From Candidatus Woesearchaeota archaeon (GTDB lineage: Archaea; Nanobdellota; Nanobdellia; Woesearchaeales; JABGXB01), in contig JABGXB010000002.1 in assembly GCA_018675975.1 (NCBI GenBank), forward strand, positions 62,001 to 126,000: a DNA stretch of 64,000 nt, given 5' to 3'. Shown here piece after piece: positions 49,881 to 60,217 of this stretch (position 1 is its first letter; the number at the start of each line of letters is the position of its first letter). The notes under the pieces were generated by a model, which made no database searches, was not told where the DNA came from, and saw nothing but the letters and a program-made list of their open reading frames with translations. Both the position numbers and the translations under genes were made by a program.

Positions 49881-51317
49881 ATGAAATTAGCTTTATTAAT
49901 TCTAGACGGATTTGGACTTCCAATTAAATATTCTAAATATATAAAAAAATTATATGAAAATAAATTATCATGTAAATTAGGCGCAGCAGAAAATTTTGTT
50001 GGACTTCCAAAGAAAGTAATGGGTAATAGTGAAATTGGACATTTAAATATAGGTGGCGGAAGAGAATTTCAACACATCTTATTAAAAATAAATGATACAA
50101 TAAAAAAAAAAGAATTTTCTAAAATAAATGAAATTCAAAATATAAAAAAAAGATTAAATCAAAATAAATCAAATTTACACATAATTGGAATGTATAGTGA
50201 ATCAGGAGTTCATTCCCATTTAAATCATCTAAAAGAATTAATTAAAACATTTGAATTATATAATATCAAATTACATATAATTACCGACGGACGTGATACA
50301 GATAAAAAAAGTGCAAAAAAATATATTGATAAAATTAATAATATTATTAAAAATAAAAAAATTGAATTTACAAGTATTTCTGGAAGATTTTATGCAATGG
50401 ACCGAGATAAAAGATGGGAGAGAACAAAAAAGTTCTATAATATTTTATTTAAAAAAGGAAATAAATTAAATACATATAGTCAAATAATAAAAGAATCATA
50501 TAAAAAAAAGTTATTAGATGAATTTTTAATTCCAACTAAACTAACACAAACCAAAATTGAAAAAAATGATGAAATAATATTTTTTAACTTTAGAGAAGAT
50601 AGAATGAGACAAATTGTAAGTTCATTTCAAAATAAATTTAAAGAATTTAAAACAAATAAAATAAAACTCAATATTACTACCATGTATGATTATGAAGATA
50701 AAATAAAATTTAAATCATTATTTAAAAAAATTGAATTAAAAAATACATTATCCCAAATTATATCAAAAAATAAATTAAAACAATTAAAAATTGCTGAAAG
50801 TGAAAAATATGCACATGTTACATATTTTTTTAATGGAGGCCAAGAAAAAAAATTCAAAAATGAAAATAGAATTATAATTGCAAGCCCAAAAGTAAAAACA
50901 TATGATCAATCCCCAAAAATGAGTGCAAAACAAATTACTGATCATATAATAAAAAATGAAAATAAATTTGACATCATTATTGCAAATTTTGCAAATGCAG
51001 ACATGGTCGGACATACTGGAAATATAAATGCCACTAAACAAGCAGTAGAATATTTAGATGTATGTATTAAAAAAATAGTTAAAACACTAAATAAAAAAAC
51101 AAAAATATTAATAACAGCAGATCACGGAAATTGTGAAAATATGAAAGGTAAATGGAATAAATCTCACACACTTAGTAAAGTACCATTTATTTTACTAAAT
51201 ACAAATTATAAAAAAATCAAAAGTGAAAATGCATCATTAAAAAATATAGCACCAACAATATTAAAACTACTAAACATAAAAAAATCAAAAGAAATGAATA
51301 CAAAAAGTCTTATTTAA
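49881..51317 (+). CDS. gpmI: cofactor-independent phosphoglycerate mutase (bacterial type)
   Basis: ILDGFG, MGNSEIGH, GVHSH, DGRD, GRFYAMDRDKRW, EKYAHVT, NADMVGHTG, TADHGNCE. Confidence 0.95.
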   Translation: MKLALLILDGFGLPIKYSKYIKKLYENKLSCKLGAAENFVGLPKKVMGNSEIGHLNIGGGREFQHILLKINDTIKKKEFSKINEIQNIKKRLNQNKSNLHIIGMYSESGVHSHLNHLKELIKTFELYNIKLHIITDGRDTDKKSAKKYIDKINNIIKNKKIEFTSISGRFYAMDRDKRWERTKKFYNILFKKGNKLNTYSQIIKESYKKKLLDEFLIPTKLTQTKIEKNDEIIFFNFREDRMRQIVSSFQNKFKEFKTNKIKLNITTMYDYEDKIKFKSLFKKIELKNTLSQIISKNKLKQLKIAESEKYAHVTYFFNGGQEKKFKNENRIIIASPKVKTYDQSPKMSAKQITDHIIKNENKFDIIIANFANADMVGHTGNINATKQAVEYLDVCIKKIVKTLNKKTKILITADHGNCENMKGKWNKSHTLSKVPFILLNTNYKKIKSENASLKNIAPTILKLLNIKKSKEMNTKSLI

Positions 51318-51622
51318 CTACCAATTTCTATATTTTCAGATTTAAAACCCAATTCAATTAAAACCGTTTTCATTTTACTTCTATGGTCACCTTGTAATTC
51401 AATTTTACTACCTTTAAAACAACCACCAGTTGCAAATTTTTGCTTTAATTTTTTAGTTATATCTCTTACATCTAAGCCTTGATCTGCAATACCACCTATA
51501 ATGGTATATTTTTTACCAAATTTTCTTTTAACCATATAAACCTTAACTTTTAGGTTCTCTTTAGAAATCTCTTCAATAATGCCTAACTCTTTGGGTAATC
51601 CTGTTATTGGATCTATTTCCAT
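51314..51622 (-). CDS. sui1: archaeal translation factor SUI1/aIF1
   Basis: GLPKEL, KRKFGK..TII, LKQKFATGG, IELQGDHR. Confidence 0.9.
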   Translation of the reverse strand: MEIDPITGLPKELGIIEEISKENLKVKVYMVKRKFGKKYTIIGGIADQGLDVRDITKKLKQKFATGGCFKGSKIELQGDHRSKMKTVLIELGFKSENIEIGS

Positions 51623-51698
51623 AATAATTTATTCCTCATTATCAATTATCTATCTATATTAACATATAAATGTTTTTATTTCCATATAATTAATATTA

Positions 51699-52148
51699 TT
51701 AGTTTTTTACTTTATCTTTTAAACTTATTGCTTTTTTTATCATAAATGCATATATATTAGCAAAAGCATCACTTCTTGAAGCAGTAAAATTTGAATTAAT
51801 TTGACTTTTTTGAACAAAATTTTCTATTAAATCACGTGTATTATTAATTAAATTACCATAATTTAATCCATTTAGAGCATTAATTAAAATATATATATAT
51901 CCCTTTACAATTTGACTCCCTGAATATCCCTTAAAATAAAATTTACCGTCTATTAAATTCACACAAATATAAACTTGTGAAATACAACCAGGAACTTTAT
52001 TTTCAATAATTATTTTATCATTATCAAATTGTTTTAATTCCTGTCCAAATTCAATTAAAGTTTCAAGTAAAGAATGTCTATCTTCTAATGAATTTAAATC
52101 TTCTATTAATTCATTCAAATAATTATTAACATCATCAATATCTCTCAT
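51699..52148 (-). CDS. sufE: SufE family sulfur acceptor
   Basis: LIEFG, NKVPGCISQVY, SQIVKG, TASR. Confidence 0.85.
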   Translation of the reverse strand: MRDIDDVNNYLNELIEDLNSLEDRHSLLETLIEFGQELKQFDNDKIIIENKVPGCISQVYICVNLIDGKFYFKGYSGSQIVKGYIYILINALNGLNYGNLINNTRDLIENFVQKSQINSNFTASRSDAFANIYAFMIKKAISLKDKVKN

Positions 52149-52187
52149 ACAACAACAAAATAAAAAATAATTATAAATTTATCTAAT

Positions 52188-53852
52188 TTAATTCAATATT
52201 TTTATTTTAAATATTTTATTATCATCATTATTAAAATTATTAATTTGACTTGACCATAAATAATTATCATCTAAAGCCAAATCAGTTAAACCCTCAGAAA
52301 TCGAATTAATTTTTGAAACATAATAACCATCTGAATCATATTTACAAATACCATCACAATTTATCCAAAAATAATTTCTATCATATACAATTGGTCCATT
52401 AACATCATCCTCTAATTTTAATTTTGAATCAAAAGTTCCATCTTGATTGATCCTATATAAAAAAGGAGAATTATATTCAGACAATATTAAAAATTGCTCA
52501 TCATTAGTAATACCAGTAACTCTTTTTATTTTATTTGTAATATTTATTTTCCCTATTAATTTTCCATTAGTTGTATATTTATATAATTTTTTTTCATGTA
52601 TATCATTAATCCAAATATATAATCCATCATAAGTCATACCTAATGGATCAAAACCAGAATAATTCCAAACATTTATTATTCGTCCATTTTTATTATTTAA
52701 TTCATATAATTTATTATTATCATTAACTGCAAAAATAGTTTGTGTATCATAATTAAAAATAATTCCATTAATAATACCAATATTTTTCCCTATTTTTTTT
52801 TCCACTTTTCGACTTTTATCTTCATCTGGATAAACATAACTATACTTGTCATTTACAATATTACCAGGTATATAATTTAAAAAATAATCATCATTTTTTG
52901 AAAAATTAAAATTTAATGTTTTTATTCCCACGCCCAATTCATTTTTTAAAATTGACTTATTACAATTAGTAATATTATTATTAAAATAATTATTAATTAA
53001 ATTTAATTTCGAATTTTTACAATTAAGATTTAAACCCAAAATAGAATTATTACTTAAATTTGAACTAATATTATTTACCAATATTTGTGAATTAAAATTA
53101 TTTCTTATAAGATTATTATTAATAATAATATTTGAATATTCTAAATTTAAACCATTAGTTGCACATTCACGAATTTCATTATTTTCAATTAAAGAAAATT
53201 TACTTTCTTTTATATGAATACAATCATTTCCATTTTGATAAATCATATTATTTTTAATAATGACATTTGAAAAATCAGATTTAATTCCATCATTATTATT
53301 CCACCTAATTATAGAATTAGAAATATTTGCACTTGAATTAATTAAATTAATCACATTATTTCCAAATTCTAAAATCACATAATTTAATTTATTATTATTT
53401 GAATTTTCAAATTTAATTTGACTCCAATCCCCATTAATTTGAATTTCTGAATTAGATGTAAATTTAATCATATCGCTTTGATTACCATCTGCAATTAAAG
53501 TACCATAAACAATAATACTTTTTTTTAATGAATTATTTTTATACCCCTTATAAGAATGAAATTGAACATTTGTTCCTGGCTTAATATATACATTTATACT
53601 TTTAGGAATAATTAAATCCTCAGTTACAATTATATTCCCACTCCATGTTTGATTTTGATATATTTTCCCCCCAACATTTTGATTTGAAATTTTTTGATTT
53701 GATTCAAAATTATTTCCCAATTCATTAATAATATAAAAAACATCAATAGCTTGACTAAAACTCCCCTCATAATTATTTGAACATCCAGTAAATAAACCAA
53801 AAATTAGAACAATAAATAATAGGTTAATTAATTTTAATCTCCTCATATTCAT
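52188..53852 (-). CDS. surface lipoprotein, right-handed beta-helix plus beta-propeller
   Basis: FTGC lipobox; Asn-rich NNxIxxN..G repeats; GMTYDG.YIW propeller blades. Confidence 0.7.
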   Translation of the reverse strand: MNMRRLKLINLLFIVLIFGLFTGCSNNYEGSFSQAIDVFYIINELGNNFESNQKISNQNVGGKIYQNQTWSGNIIVTEDLIIPKSINVYIKPGTNVQFHSYKGYKNNSLKKSIIVYGTLIADGNQSDMIKFTSNSEIQINGDWSQIKFENSNNNKLNYVILEFGNNVINLINSSANISNSIIRWNNNDGIKSDFSNVIIKNNMIYQNGNDCIHIKESKFSLIENNEIRECATNGLNLEYSNIIINNNLIRNNFNSQILVNNISSNLSNNSILGLNLNCKNSKLNLINNYFNNNITNCNKSILKNELGVGIKTLNFNFSKNDDYFLNYIPGNIVNDKYSYVYPDEDKSRKVEKKIGKNIGIINGIIFNYDTQTIFAVNDNNKLYELNNKNGRIINVWNYSGFDPLGMTYDGLYIWINDIHEKKLYKYTTNGKLIGKINITNKIKRVTGITNDEQFLILSEYNSPFLYRINQDGTFDSKLKLEDDVNGPIVYDRNYFWINCDGICKYDSDGYYVSKINSISEGLTDLALDDNYLWSSQINNFNNDDNKIFKIKILN

Positions 53853-53979
53853 TTTATAATTTAAAATATTATAAAACTATTTAATAAATATTTAAAAGTA
53901 ATGTTTAGTTAATGAATATTATAATATGTATTAATAAAAACGTTTTCACTTTTAAATAGTCAATAAAATAAGATATATA

Positions 53980-56625
53980 ATGGAATTTGAATATTTATTT
54001 ACCCCGGAAGGCACTAATCGATTTAAGATAAATAAATCATATTTATTTGCTGAATTCATACCAATATATTCAGAATTCGGTAAAGAATTTGATTGGAAAA
54101 AAAGTAAAAAACCAAGATTCGTTTCTGGAAAAACTATTTTTGAACAATTTCCAAAAAGTATTGATTCAATTGATAAAATCATTGAAACTGTATATGAAAA
54201 ATTAGAACTTCAATCAAATTTATTAAAATATTTAAAATCAGAAGAATTATTTAATCAATTTAAAAAACAAAATCTAGTTAATCGAAATGATGGAAATCAA
54301 TTTATTAGTTCCTTAAAAAAATTATTTAGTCGAACTTCTTATGTACAAAATGGATTATATTCAAGAGCATCAGGAATTTTATTATTAAATAGATTACCGG
54401 ATGTAAAAGAAATTGATAATAAAAAAAGAAGTAAAATTGATTTATTATATTTAGTTCCTAAAGAATTACAAGTAAAAGTAATTCAAGGTGAAATTTCAGA
54501 TTTAGAAAGTTTAACTAAACATGGTATAAATAAAAAAGAAATTGAAAATGAAGAAAGAAAATTAAACAAATTCTTAAGTGATAATAGTAATATTGTAAAA
54601 GAATATGTTGACTTTAATCAAGCATATCAAATTCTATTAAAGTCTGGTGCAATTAGAACAGGCCAAAAACAATATACAGTTCTATATGGAATTCAACAAA
54701 TCCTTAAAGATAGTGATTATTTAAAATCTGAAGATGGTAAAGAACAAATTAAAGTACAAGCATTAGTTAAATTATATAAATCAAAAAAAAGTGAAATTGT
54801 TAAAGAAATTAGAAGAATTAAAAAGACAGAAAGAAGAGAATATCAAGAATTAAAATTAAGTGAGAAAAATAAATTAAAAGAACCAGTAATTGAAAAAGTA
54901 AATGTAGAACTGGAATATAAATTAGAAACAGAAGTTGAAAAAGTAAATGTAGAAACAGAAAATAAACCAGAATATCAGGTCGAACCAGAAGTTGAAGAAG
55001 TAAGTTTAGAAACAGAAAATAAACCAGAATATCAAGTAGAAACAGAAGTTGAAGAAGTAAATGTAGAAACAGAAATTAAACCAAAATATCAAGTAGAACA
55101 GGAAGTTGAAGAGGTAAGTTTAGAACAGAAAGTTGAACCTGAATTAATACCTGAAGTTCCTCAGACATTATATTTAGTTGATGCATTATCAATTCTTGAA
55201 AAAAAATATAAACCTAAATTAATTTCATTAGAAAGAAATGTAGAACATTCAATTTATGACATTGGTCAATTATGTGATTTAAGTGAAGAAGAAATTCAAA
55301 ATCGAATTTCTCAAAAAAAAGAAGAATTATCAGAATATGAATTATTATTAGAACATTTTGTATCAATAGACGAAATTAAAAAGATATTAAAAGAACAAAA
55401 AATATGTAATGAAGTTGAAGAACTGTCTGCAATGGTTAATTTAATTCCAATGTTTCTTGATGGAACTAAATATTGTAAACTTAATGGCGGATCAAATTTA
55501 TATAAAGTTTCAGGCCTAGCGAATTTACTAAATGAAAATAAAAAACAATTATTAAATGGAATACAAAATTATCTTGCTAAAAAAGTAGTTAAAAAGAAAG
55601 TAGTTAAGAAAAAATTAAAAGAATCTGATTCAGATGAAGAAGATGTCTATGAATTTGAAGTTGATAAAGAGTTAAATGAAGAATTTGTAAATGCAAATAT
55701 TGAAGCGGGATTTTCTATAGGAGGAATTCGTCATAATTTATTAGATAAAATAAATGGTTTAGAATTAATAATTGAATCCAAATTTGGTGATCCTAAAAAA
55801 GGAGATGAAATTAGAACTCAATTAATTGAATTACATCAAAGATTAGTTTTTAGTGTTGCAAAAAAGTACGACCACAGAGGCCTAGATTTAGAAGATGTAT
55901 TTCAATTTGGTAATATAGGTTTAATAGAAGGTATGGATAAATATAATTTTGAAAAAACATATAAAAAACAAATAGAAAGAGATCAATTAAAACCAGAAAA
56001 TTTAAATTATGATTCATATATGAAAATATTAAAATCATTAAGTGAAGAAGAATTAAAACTAATTCCTAAAATTTCAACATATCTTATTTCATGTATAATA
56101 AATAAAATAAAAAGAGAAATTTTAAATAATAAAAGCACAATTCGAGTCCCAATATACATACAAGAAATCAAAACAAAAATTGATAATATGTGCAATCAAT
56201 TTGAATTCGAATATGGGAGAAAACCAACTGATCCAGAAATTATAGAAGAAACTGGACTAGAACAAACTGATCTAAATAATGTGAAAAAATATTTAGTTGG
56301 AAGCACATCATTAGATGGAGAATCTGAAGATAAAGGTTCATTAATACATTCTCAAGAGCAAAGCTTATTTGTCTTACCAGAAGAAAAAGTTGAATCCGAA
56401 GAATTAAAAAATGAAATTGTAAAGAGTATGGATGTTTTAAGTGATAGAGAAAAATACGTTGTTAGTTTAAGTTTTGGTTTAAATGGAAATGAAAAGTTTA
56501 GTTTACAAAAAATTGGTGATAAATTAGGAGTAACTAGAGAAAGAGCAAGACAAATTGAAGCAAAAGCAATTAAAAGATTATGTTTAGGTGAAGTATCTAA
56601 AAACTTAGAGGAATTCTATAGATAA
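53980..56625 (+). CDS. sigma-70 family protein with about 570-aa N-terminal extension
   Basis: region 2 RLVFSVAKKY..GLDLEDVFQFGNIGL, TIRVP, region 3 GRKPT..SLD, region 4 LSDRE..FGL..SLQKIG..GVTRERARQIEAKA. Confidence 0.9.
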   Translation: MEFEYLFTPEGTNRFKINKSYLFAEFIPIYSEFGKEFDWKKSKKPRFVSGKTIFEQFPKSIDSIDKIIETVYEKLELQSNLLKYLKSEELFNQFKKQNLVNRNDGNQFISSLKKLFSRTSYVQNGLYSRASGILLLNRLPDVKEIDNKKRSKIDLLYLVPKELQVKVIQGEISDLESLTKHGINKKEIENEERKLNKFLSDNSNIVKEYVDFNQAYQILLKSGAIRTGQKQYTVLYGIQQILKDSDYLKSEDGKEQIKVQALVKLYKSKKSEIVKEIRRIKKTERREYQELKLSEKNKLKEPVIEKVNVELEYKLETEVEKVNVETENKPEYQVEPEVEEVSLETENKPEYQVETEVEEVNVETEIKPKYQVEQEVEEVSLEQKVEPELIPEVPQTLYLVDALSILEKKYKPKLISLERNVEHSIYDIGQLCDLSEEEIQNRISQKKEELSEYELLLEHFVSIDEIKKILKEQKICNEVEELSAMVNLIPMFLDGTKYCKLNGGSNLYKVSGLANLLNENKKQLLNGIQNYLAKKVVKKKVVKKKLKESDSDEEDVYEFEVDKELNEEFVNANIEAGFSIGGIRHNLLDKINGLELIIESKFGDPKKGDEIRTQLIELHQRLVFSVAKKYDHRGLDLEDVFQFGNIGLIEGMDKYNFEKTYKKQIERDQLKPENLNYDSYMKILKSLSEEELKLIPKISTYLISCIINKIKREILNNKSTIRVPIYIQEIKTKIDNMCNQFEFEYGRKPTDPEIIEETGLEQTDLNNVKKYLVGSTSLDGESEDKGSLIHSQEQSLFVLPEEKVESEELKNEIVKSMDVLSDREKYVVSLSFGLNGNEKFSLQKIGDKLGVTRERARQIEAKAIKRLCLGEVSKNLEEFYR
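54931..55128 (+). repeat. 57-bp imperfect coding tandem repeat (about 3.5 copies), acidic linker
   Basis: units start at 54931, 54988, 55045, 55102: EVE(E/K)V(N/S)(V/L)ETE(N/I)KP(E/K)YQVE. Confidence 0.85.
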
Positions 56626-56626
56626 A

Positions 56627-56986
56627 ATGGATTTTCATGTGCAAATAAATAATGAAAAATTTAGAGTCATTGAACAAGAATCAAATCAAGGTTATAATTT
56701 AATATTAGCAAAAGATGATTTAATTGTAGGTTCTGCCACATTAGAATATTATCCTAATATAGATTCACTTTATTTTAATAGACTATTTGTCCAAGACGAA
56801 TTTAGAGGTCAAGGTTTAGCAAGTGAAATATTAAAAAGAGTAATAAATTATTCAAAGAAAACTCAAAAAAAAATTCATAATGAATTAAATCCATATGGAG
56901 ATTTAGATTTAGAACAATTAACTAAATTTTATACAGATCATGGTTTTATTGAAATCAAAAAAGGATTATTATATTTTATACCTTAA
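56627..56986 (+). CDS. GNAT acetyltransferase
   Basis: LFVQDEFRGQGLAS, FYTDHGF. Confidence 0.9.
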   Translation: MDFHVQINNEKFRVIEQESNQGYNLILAKDDLIVGSATLEYYPNIDSLYFNRLFVQDEFRGQGLASEILKRVINYSKKTQKKIHNELNPYGDLDLEQLTKFYTDHGFIEIKKGLLYFIP

Positions 56987-57098
56987 AATAAATTATATTT
57001 AACATAAGAATTTAACGAAGTACAACATTCGGCGAAGTCGATAGAATGACAAGCATTAATTGCTATAAACTTATAAATTATTTTTAGTTCCCTGATTC

Positions 57099-57431
57099 AT
57101 GGAAGTTAATGAATTTCAAGAGAAAATAGTTACATTCTGTAAAGAATGGGAAAAATATCGAAATATAAAACATACAGATCAAAATACTTTCAATCACTTA
57201 GTTGAAGAAGTTGGCGAATTAGCTAGTCAGTTTGTTAATAGAGATAAGGGAAGAAAAGAATTTAATGCAAATAAATTTGACAATGCTATAGCTGACATAT
57301 TTATTCATTTAGTCTGTCTAGCTGATTTAAGAAATTTAAATATTGAAAAATTATTAAATGAAACAATAGAAAAAGATTCTAAAAGATTATCAATTCCTGA
57401 AACTCAAGCTAGAAATAAAATGTCTAAGTAA
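57099..57431 (+). CDS. MazG-like nucleotide pyrophosphohydrolase
   Basis: HLVEEVGELA, IADI. Confidence 0.8.
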   Translation: MEVNEFQEKIVTFCKEWEKYRNIKHTDQNTFNHLVEEVGELASQFVNRDKGRKEFNANKFDNAIADIFIHLVCLADLRNLNIEKLLNETIEKDSKRLSIPETQARNKMSK

Positions 57432-57445
57432 TATTGCAACCAAAA

Positions 57446-58186
57446 TCAAAGAAGTTTAATAATATCATCATGAATTACTTTATTAGAAGCAACTATATCT
57501 TTAGATTCGACAGTCCATTCTGAACCATCAGAATCAGTTACTCTTCCACCTGCTTCTTTCACAATAATTACACCGGCTGCAACATCATGCAAAACATTAT
57601 CAAGAATATAGAGTTCAGCATCTCCCATTGCTATTTGTGCAAATTCATAAGAAGACGCATCAATAATTTTTACTATACCTACTTTATCACCTATACTTTT
57701 TTCCAATTGAAATTTGCCTTTATGGTATCCCCCTGAATAATATAGTGATTCTTTTAGTTGTCTGTTAGATACACTTATTTTTTCACCATTTGCAAAAGCC
57801 CCTTTCCCTTTTTCGGCCTTTACTAATAAATTTAAAGCAGGAAAATATAATACTCCTAAAATTGATTGGTTACCTTTAACTAATCCAATCGAAATTCCAA
57901 ATAAAGGAATGTTCCTTGAAAAATTAGAAGTACCATCAAGTGGATCAATATACCATGTATATTCAGAGCCCTTATTTTCTTGAATTTCTTCTTCTGAGAA
58001 AATATTATGACTAGGAAAATTCTTTCTTAATATTTCAACAATTTTCTTTTCTGAATCAATATCTGCTTGAGTTAAAATACTCGCTGCATCAAAATATTCT
58101 CCTTTGAATTCTATTTGAATTTTCCCATAATGCTTCATTAAAATTTTTCCAGCTTCTTTTGCAGCCTCTATTGTAATGTCTAACAT
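57446..58186 (-). CDS. suhB: inositol monophosphatase family
   Basis: TQADIDSE, SEE, WYIDPLDGTSNF, HDVAAG..EAGG.VTD. Confidence 0.9.
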   Translation of the reverse strand: MLDITIEAAKEAGKILMKHYGKIQIEFKGEYFDAASILTQADIDSEKKIVEILRKNFPSHNIFSEEEIQENKGSEYTWYIDPLDGTSNFSRNIPLFGISIGLVKGNQSILGVLYFPALNLLVKAEKGKGAFANGEKISVSNRQLKESLYYSGGYHKGKFQLEKSIGDKVGIVKIIDASSYEFAQIAMGDAELYILDNVLHDVAAGVIIVKEAGGRVTDSDGSEWTVESKDIVASNKVIHDDIIKLL

Positions 58187-58355
58187 AATAATCCGGTATT
58201 AGTAATAGTTTATTAAACTTTATGTGCAATTTAACAACGAGAATAACATTTGAAAAAAAGCGTATTTTATTCGACTATGTCTGCAACATGGTCAACCAAA
58301 AGGAGAAGTCCTCAACAGACATAAATTTAAATATAATATTTAAATTCTTGATTTT

Positions 58356-58856
58356 ATGGGAGAAGATACCAAAAATTCAGCAGTTTTAGTAATTCCACAA
58401 GAAGAAAATTCAGATTATTTTTTAACATACCTGACACCTAATCATAAAATTTTTGCTGGAAGATTTCGTTTGCCAGGAGGAAAACTTCAATCAGGAGAAA
58501 ATTATGAATCAACTCTTAAGCGAGAACTCCAAGAAGAGTATGGAATCTTTCTAGCTAATGTTGTTCTGCATTATCAAAAACCAAACGTTTTGGGAGGAAC
58601 CATATATCTTTGTTCAGCACAAAAACATGGAAATCCTATCCCAAAAGAATCTGGTGTGGGGCCTGTTCTATGGATGAATGCTAAACAAATATTCGAATCC
58701 AATATGGTACCAAATTGTAAAATTGCAGTTTGTGCATATTTACTTGATAAAAATCCAAACTCATTGAAGAAATTAATTCCAACTATATTTGAGGATAAAG
58801 AATTCTTAAAGATTATTACATCTGAAGCCAAAAGCTTATACGAAAAAATTAACTAA
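58356..58856 (+). CDS. NUDIX hydrolase
   Basis: LPGGKLQSGENYESTLKRELQEEYGI. Confidence 0.85.
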   Translation: MGEDTKNSAVLVIPQEENSDYFLTYLTPNHKIFAGRFRLPGGKLQSGENYESTLKRELQEEYGIFLANVVLHYQKPNVLGGTIYLCSAQKHGNPIPKESGVGPVLWMNAKQIFESNMVPNCKIAVCAYLLDKNPNSLKKLIPTIFEDKEFLKIITSEAKSLYEKIN

Positions 58857-58972
58857 TCTATTGAGGATTGAATATAACATCACGATTAAATAAAGTTCGA
58901 ATGAAGTGAGGATTTGGGTAAAACCATATTAAAGGGAAACGTTCTTGTAATTTCAAATTATTTTATTTCATA

Positions 58973-59917
58973 TTAAAATATTTTTTGCATAAATTCTTCT
59001 TTGGTTATCTTTTGTAAATTATTTAAAGTTTTAATTGGTTTTATATTGTCATTCCAATTTTCCTCATCCCATAACCAATAAGTAAAATGCATTAGCATAA
59101 ATAACTTGCTTTGATCATATAAATATTTTTTTTCTTTCTCTGTAAGTTTTCTTTTACTTTCATATGCTTGAATAAAACATTTACATTTATCAAAATCAAT
59201 TTCTTTATCAATACACCACATGCCAATAAATAATGCAACGTCAGAGAGTAAATTGCCATAGAAACAATCATCAAAATCTATTATTCCACTCACTTTATTT
59301 CCCATAAACATAATATTATCTTCCTGGAAATCCCCATGATTTAATCCTTGAACTAATTTTGGGATGGAAATGTTTTCTAATATATTCGAAACAAATTTTT
59401 CATACTTGTTTGGTAATTCAGGCATATCTTTTTTTATACTAACTAGTGCATTCAGAATCCATTTGTTATCGTAATCATATATATTTTTTAATTCTATGTT
59501 CTTTGGTTTAAAATTCATTGTATTCTTATGAATTATTCCTAAATTTTCCCCCAAGCTTTTAATTTGTTTTAAATTCGCAGATTCATTTTTAATATGTTTC
59601 CCATCCAGAAAAGTAAACATTGCAATTCCTTTTTGATAGAGATATAACAAATAATCATTTGAAACTGTTTTAACAATTTTAGGTACTGGAATGTTAGCCT
59701 TTGACAATTTTTCTAGAAGTTGTATTTCAACCATAATTTTCTCAATATTACATTCTTCATAGATTTTTAATATAAATTTTCCTTGGTTAGTTAATATGAC
59801 ATAAGTTGAATTACGCTCACCTTTTTCTATTAATGAAAAAGATGTGATTTCACCAACATTGTATTTTTCTAAAATTTGGGACACAGAACTTTTAGTTAAT
59901 TTCATCTTTTGTATCAT
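58973..59917 (-). CDS. APH/type II homoserine kinase-like phosphotransferase
   Basis: GERNSTY, FILKIYE, NHGDFQEDN, IIDFDD. Confidence 0.85.
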   Translation of the reverse strand: MIQKMKLTKSSVSQILEKYNVGEITSFSLIEKGERNSTYVILTNQGKFILKIYEECNIEKIMVEIQLLEKLSKANIPVPKIVKTVSNDYLLYLYQKGIAMFTFLDGKHIKNESANLKQIKSLGENLGIIHKNTMNFKPKNIELKNIYDYDNKWILNALVSIKKDMPELPNKYEKFVSNILENISIPKLVQGLNHGDFQEDNIMFMGNKVSGIIDFDDCFYGNLLSDVALFIGMWCIDKEIDFDKCKCFIQAYESKRKLTEKEKKYLYDQSKLFMLMHFTYWLWDEENWNDNIKPIKTLNNLQKITKEEFMQKIF

Positions 59918-60010
59918 ATTTTTATATAAACCAATTTATTTAATAAATTTTGTATTAAAAAAAACAATTTCAACTTTTCAAGCTCCTTGCTTTATCTGAG
60001 CAATTGAAAC

Positions 60011-60132
60011 ATTGTGTGTAACATTGGAATTTAGAAATGTTTCGAGTCCTCCAAAATCTGTGATTTCGAGAGCGAGGAAAAATATGGACGGAGACTGCAA
60101 GTCGGAGTTTCTAAATTCCTGTTATTTGGGAA
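60011..60132 (-). other. intact attC/attP-like hairpin recombination site
   Basis: TAACA-TT-GGAATTTAGAAA (60019-60037) pairs with TTTCTAAATTCC-TGTTA (60108-60124). Confidence 0.7.
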
Positions 60133-60217
60133 GCCTGCAAAGCGACCGACCAAAAGTATAATTTGGATTTTGGTTTATTCGGTTAAATTTATATTAGGCC
60201 AGTTCTTTCCAATTTAC

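Noticed and set aside
53852..56986. Sigma + GNAT as part of the cassette array; AT-only inverted repeat at 53852-53876
   Set aside because: No convincing core site upstream of sigma; the repeat is explained by the self-complementary TATA sequence.
59960..60170. GC-richer intergenic tract as tRNA, SRP or RNase P RNA
   Set aside because: No cloverleaf, T-loop or SRP/RNase P consensus; better explained as a recombination hairpin.
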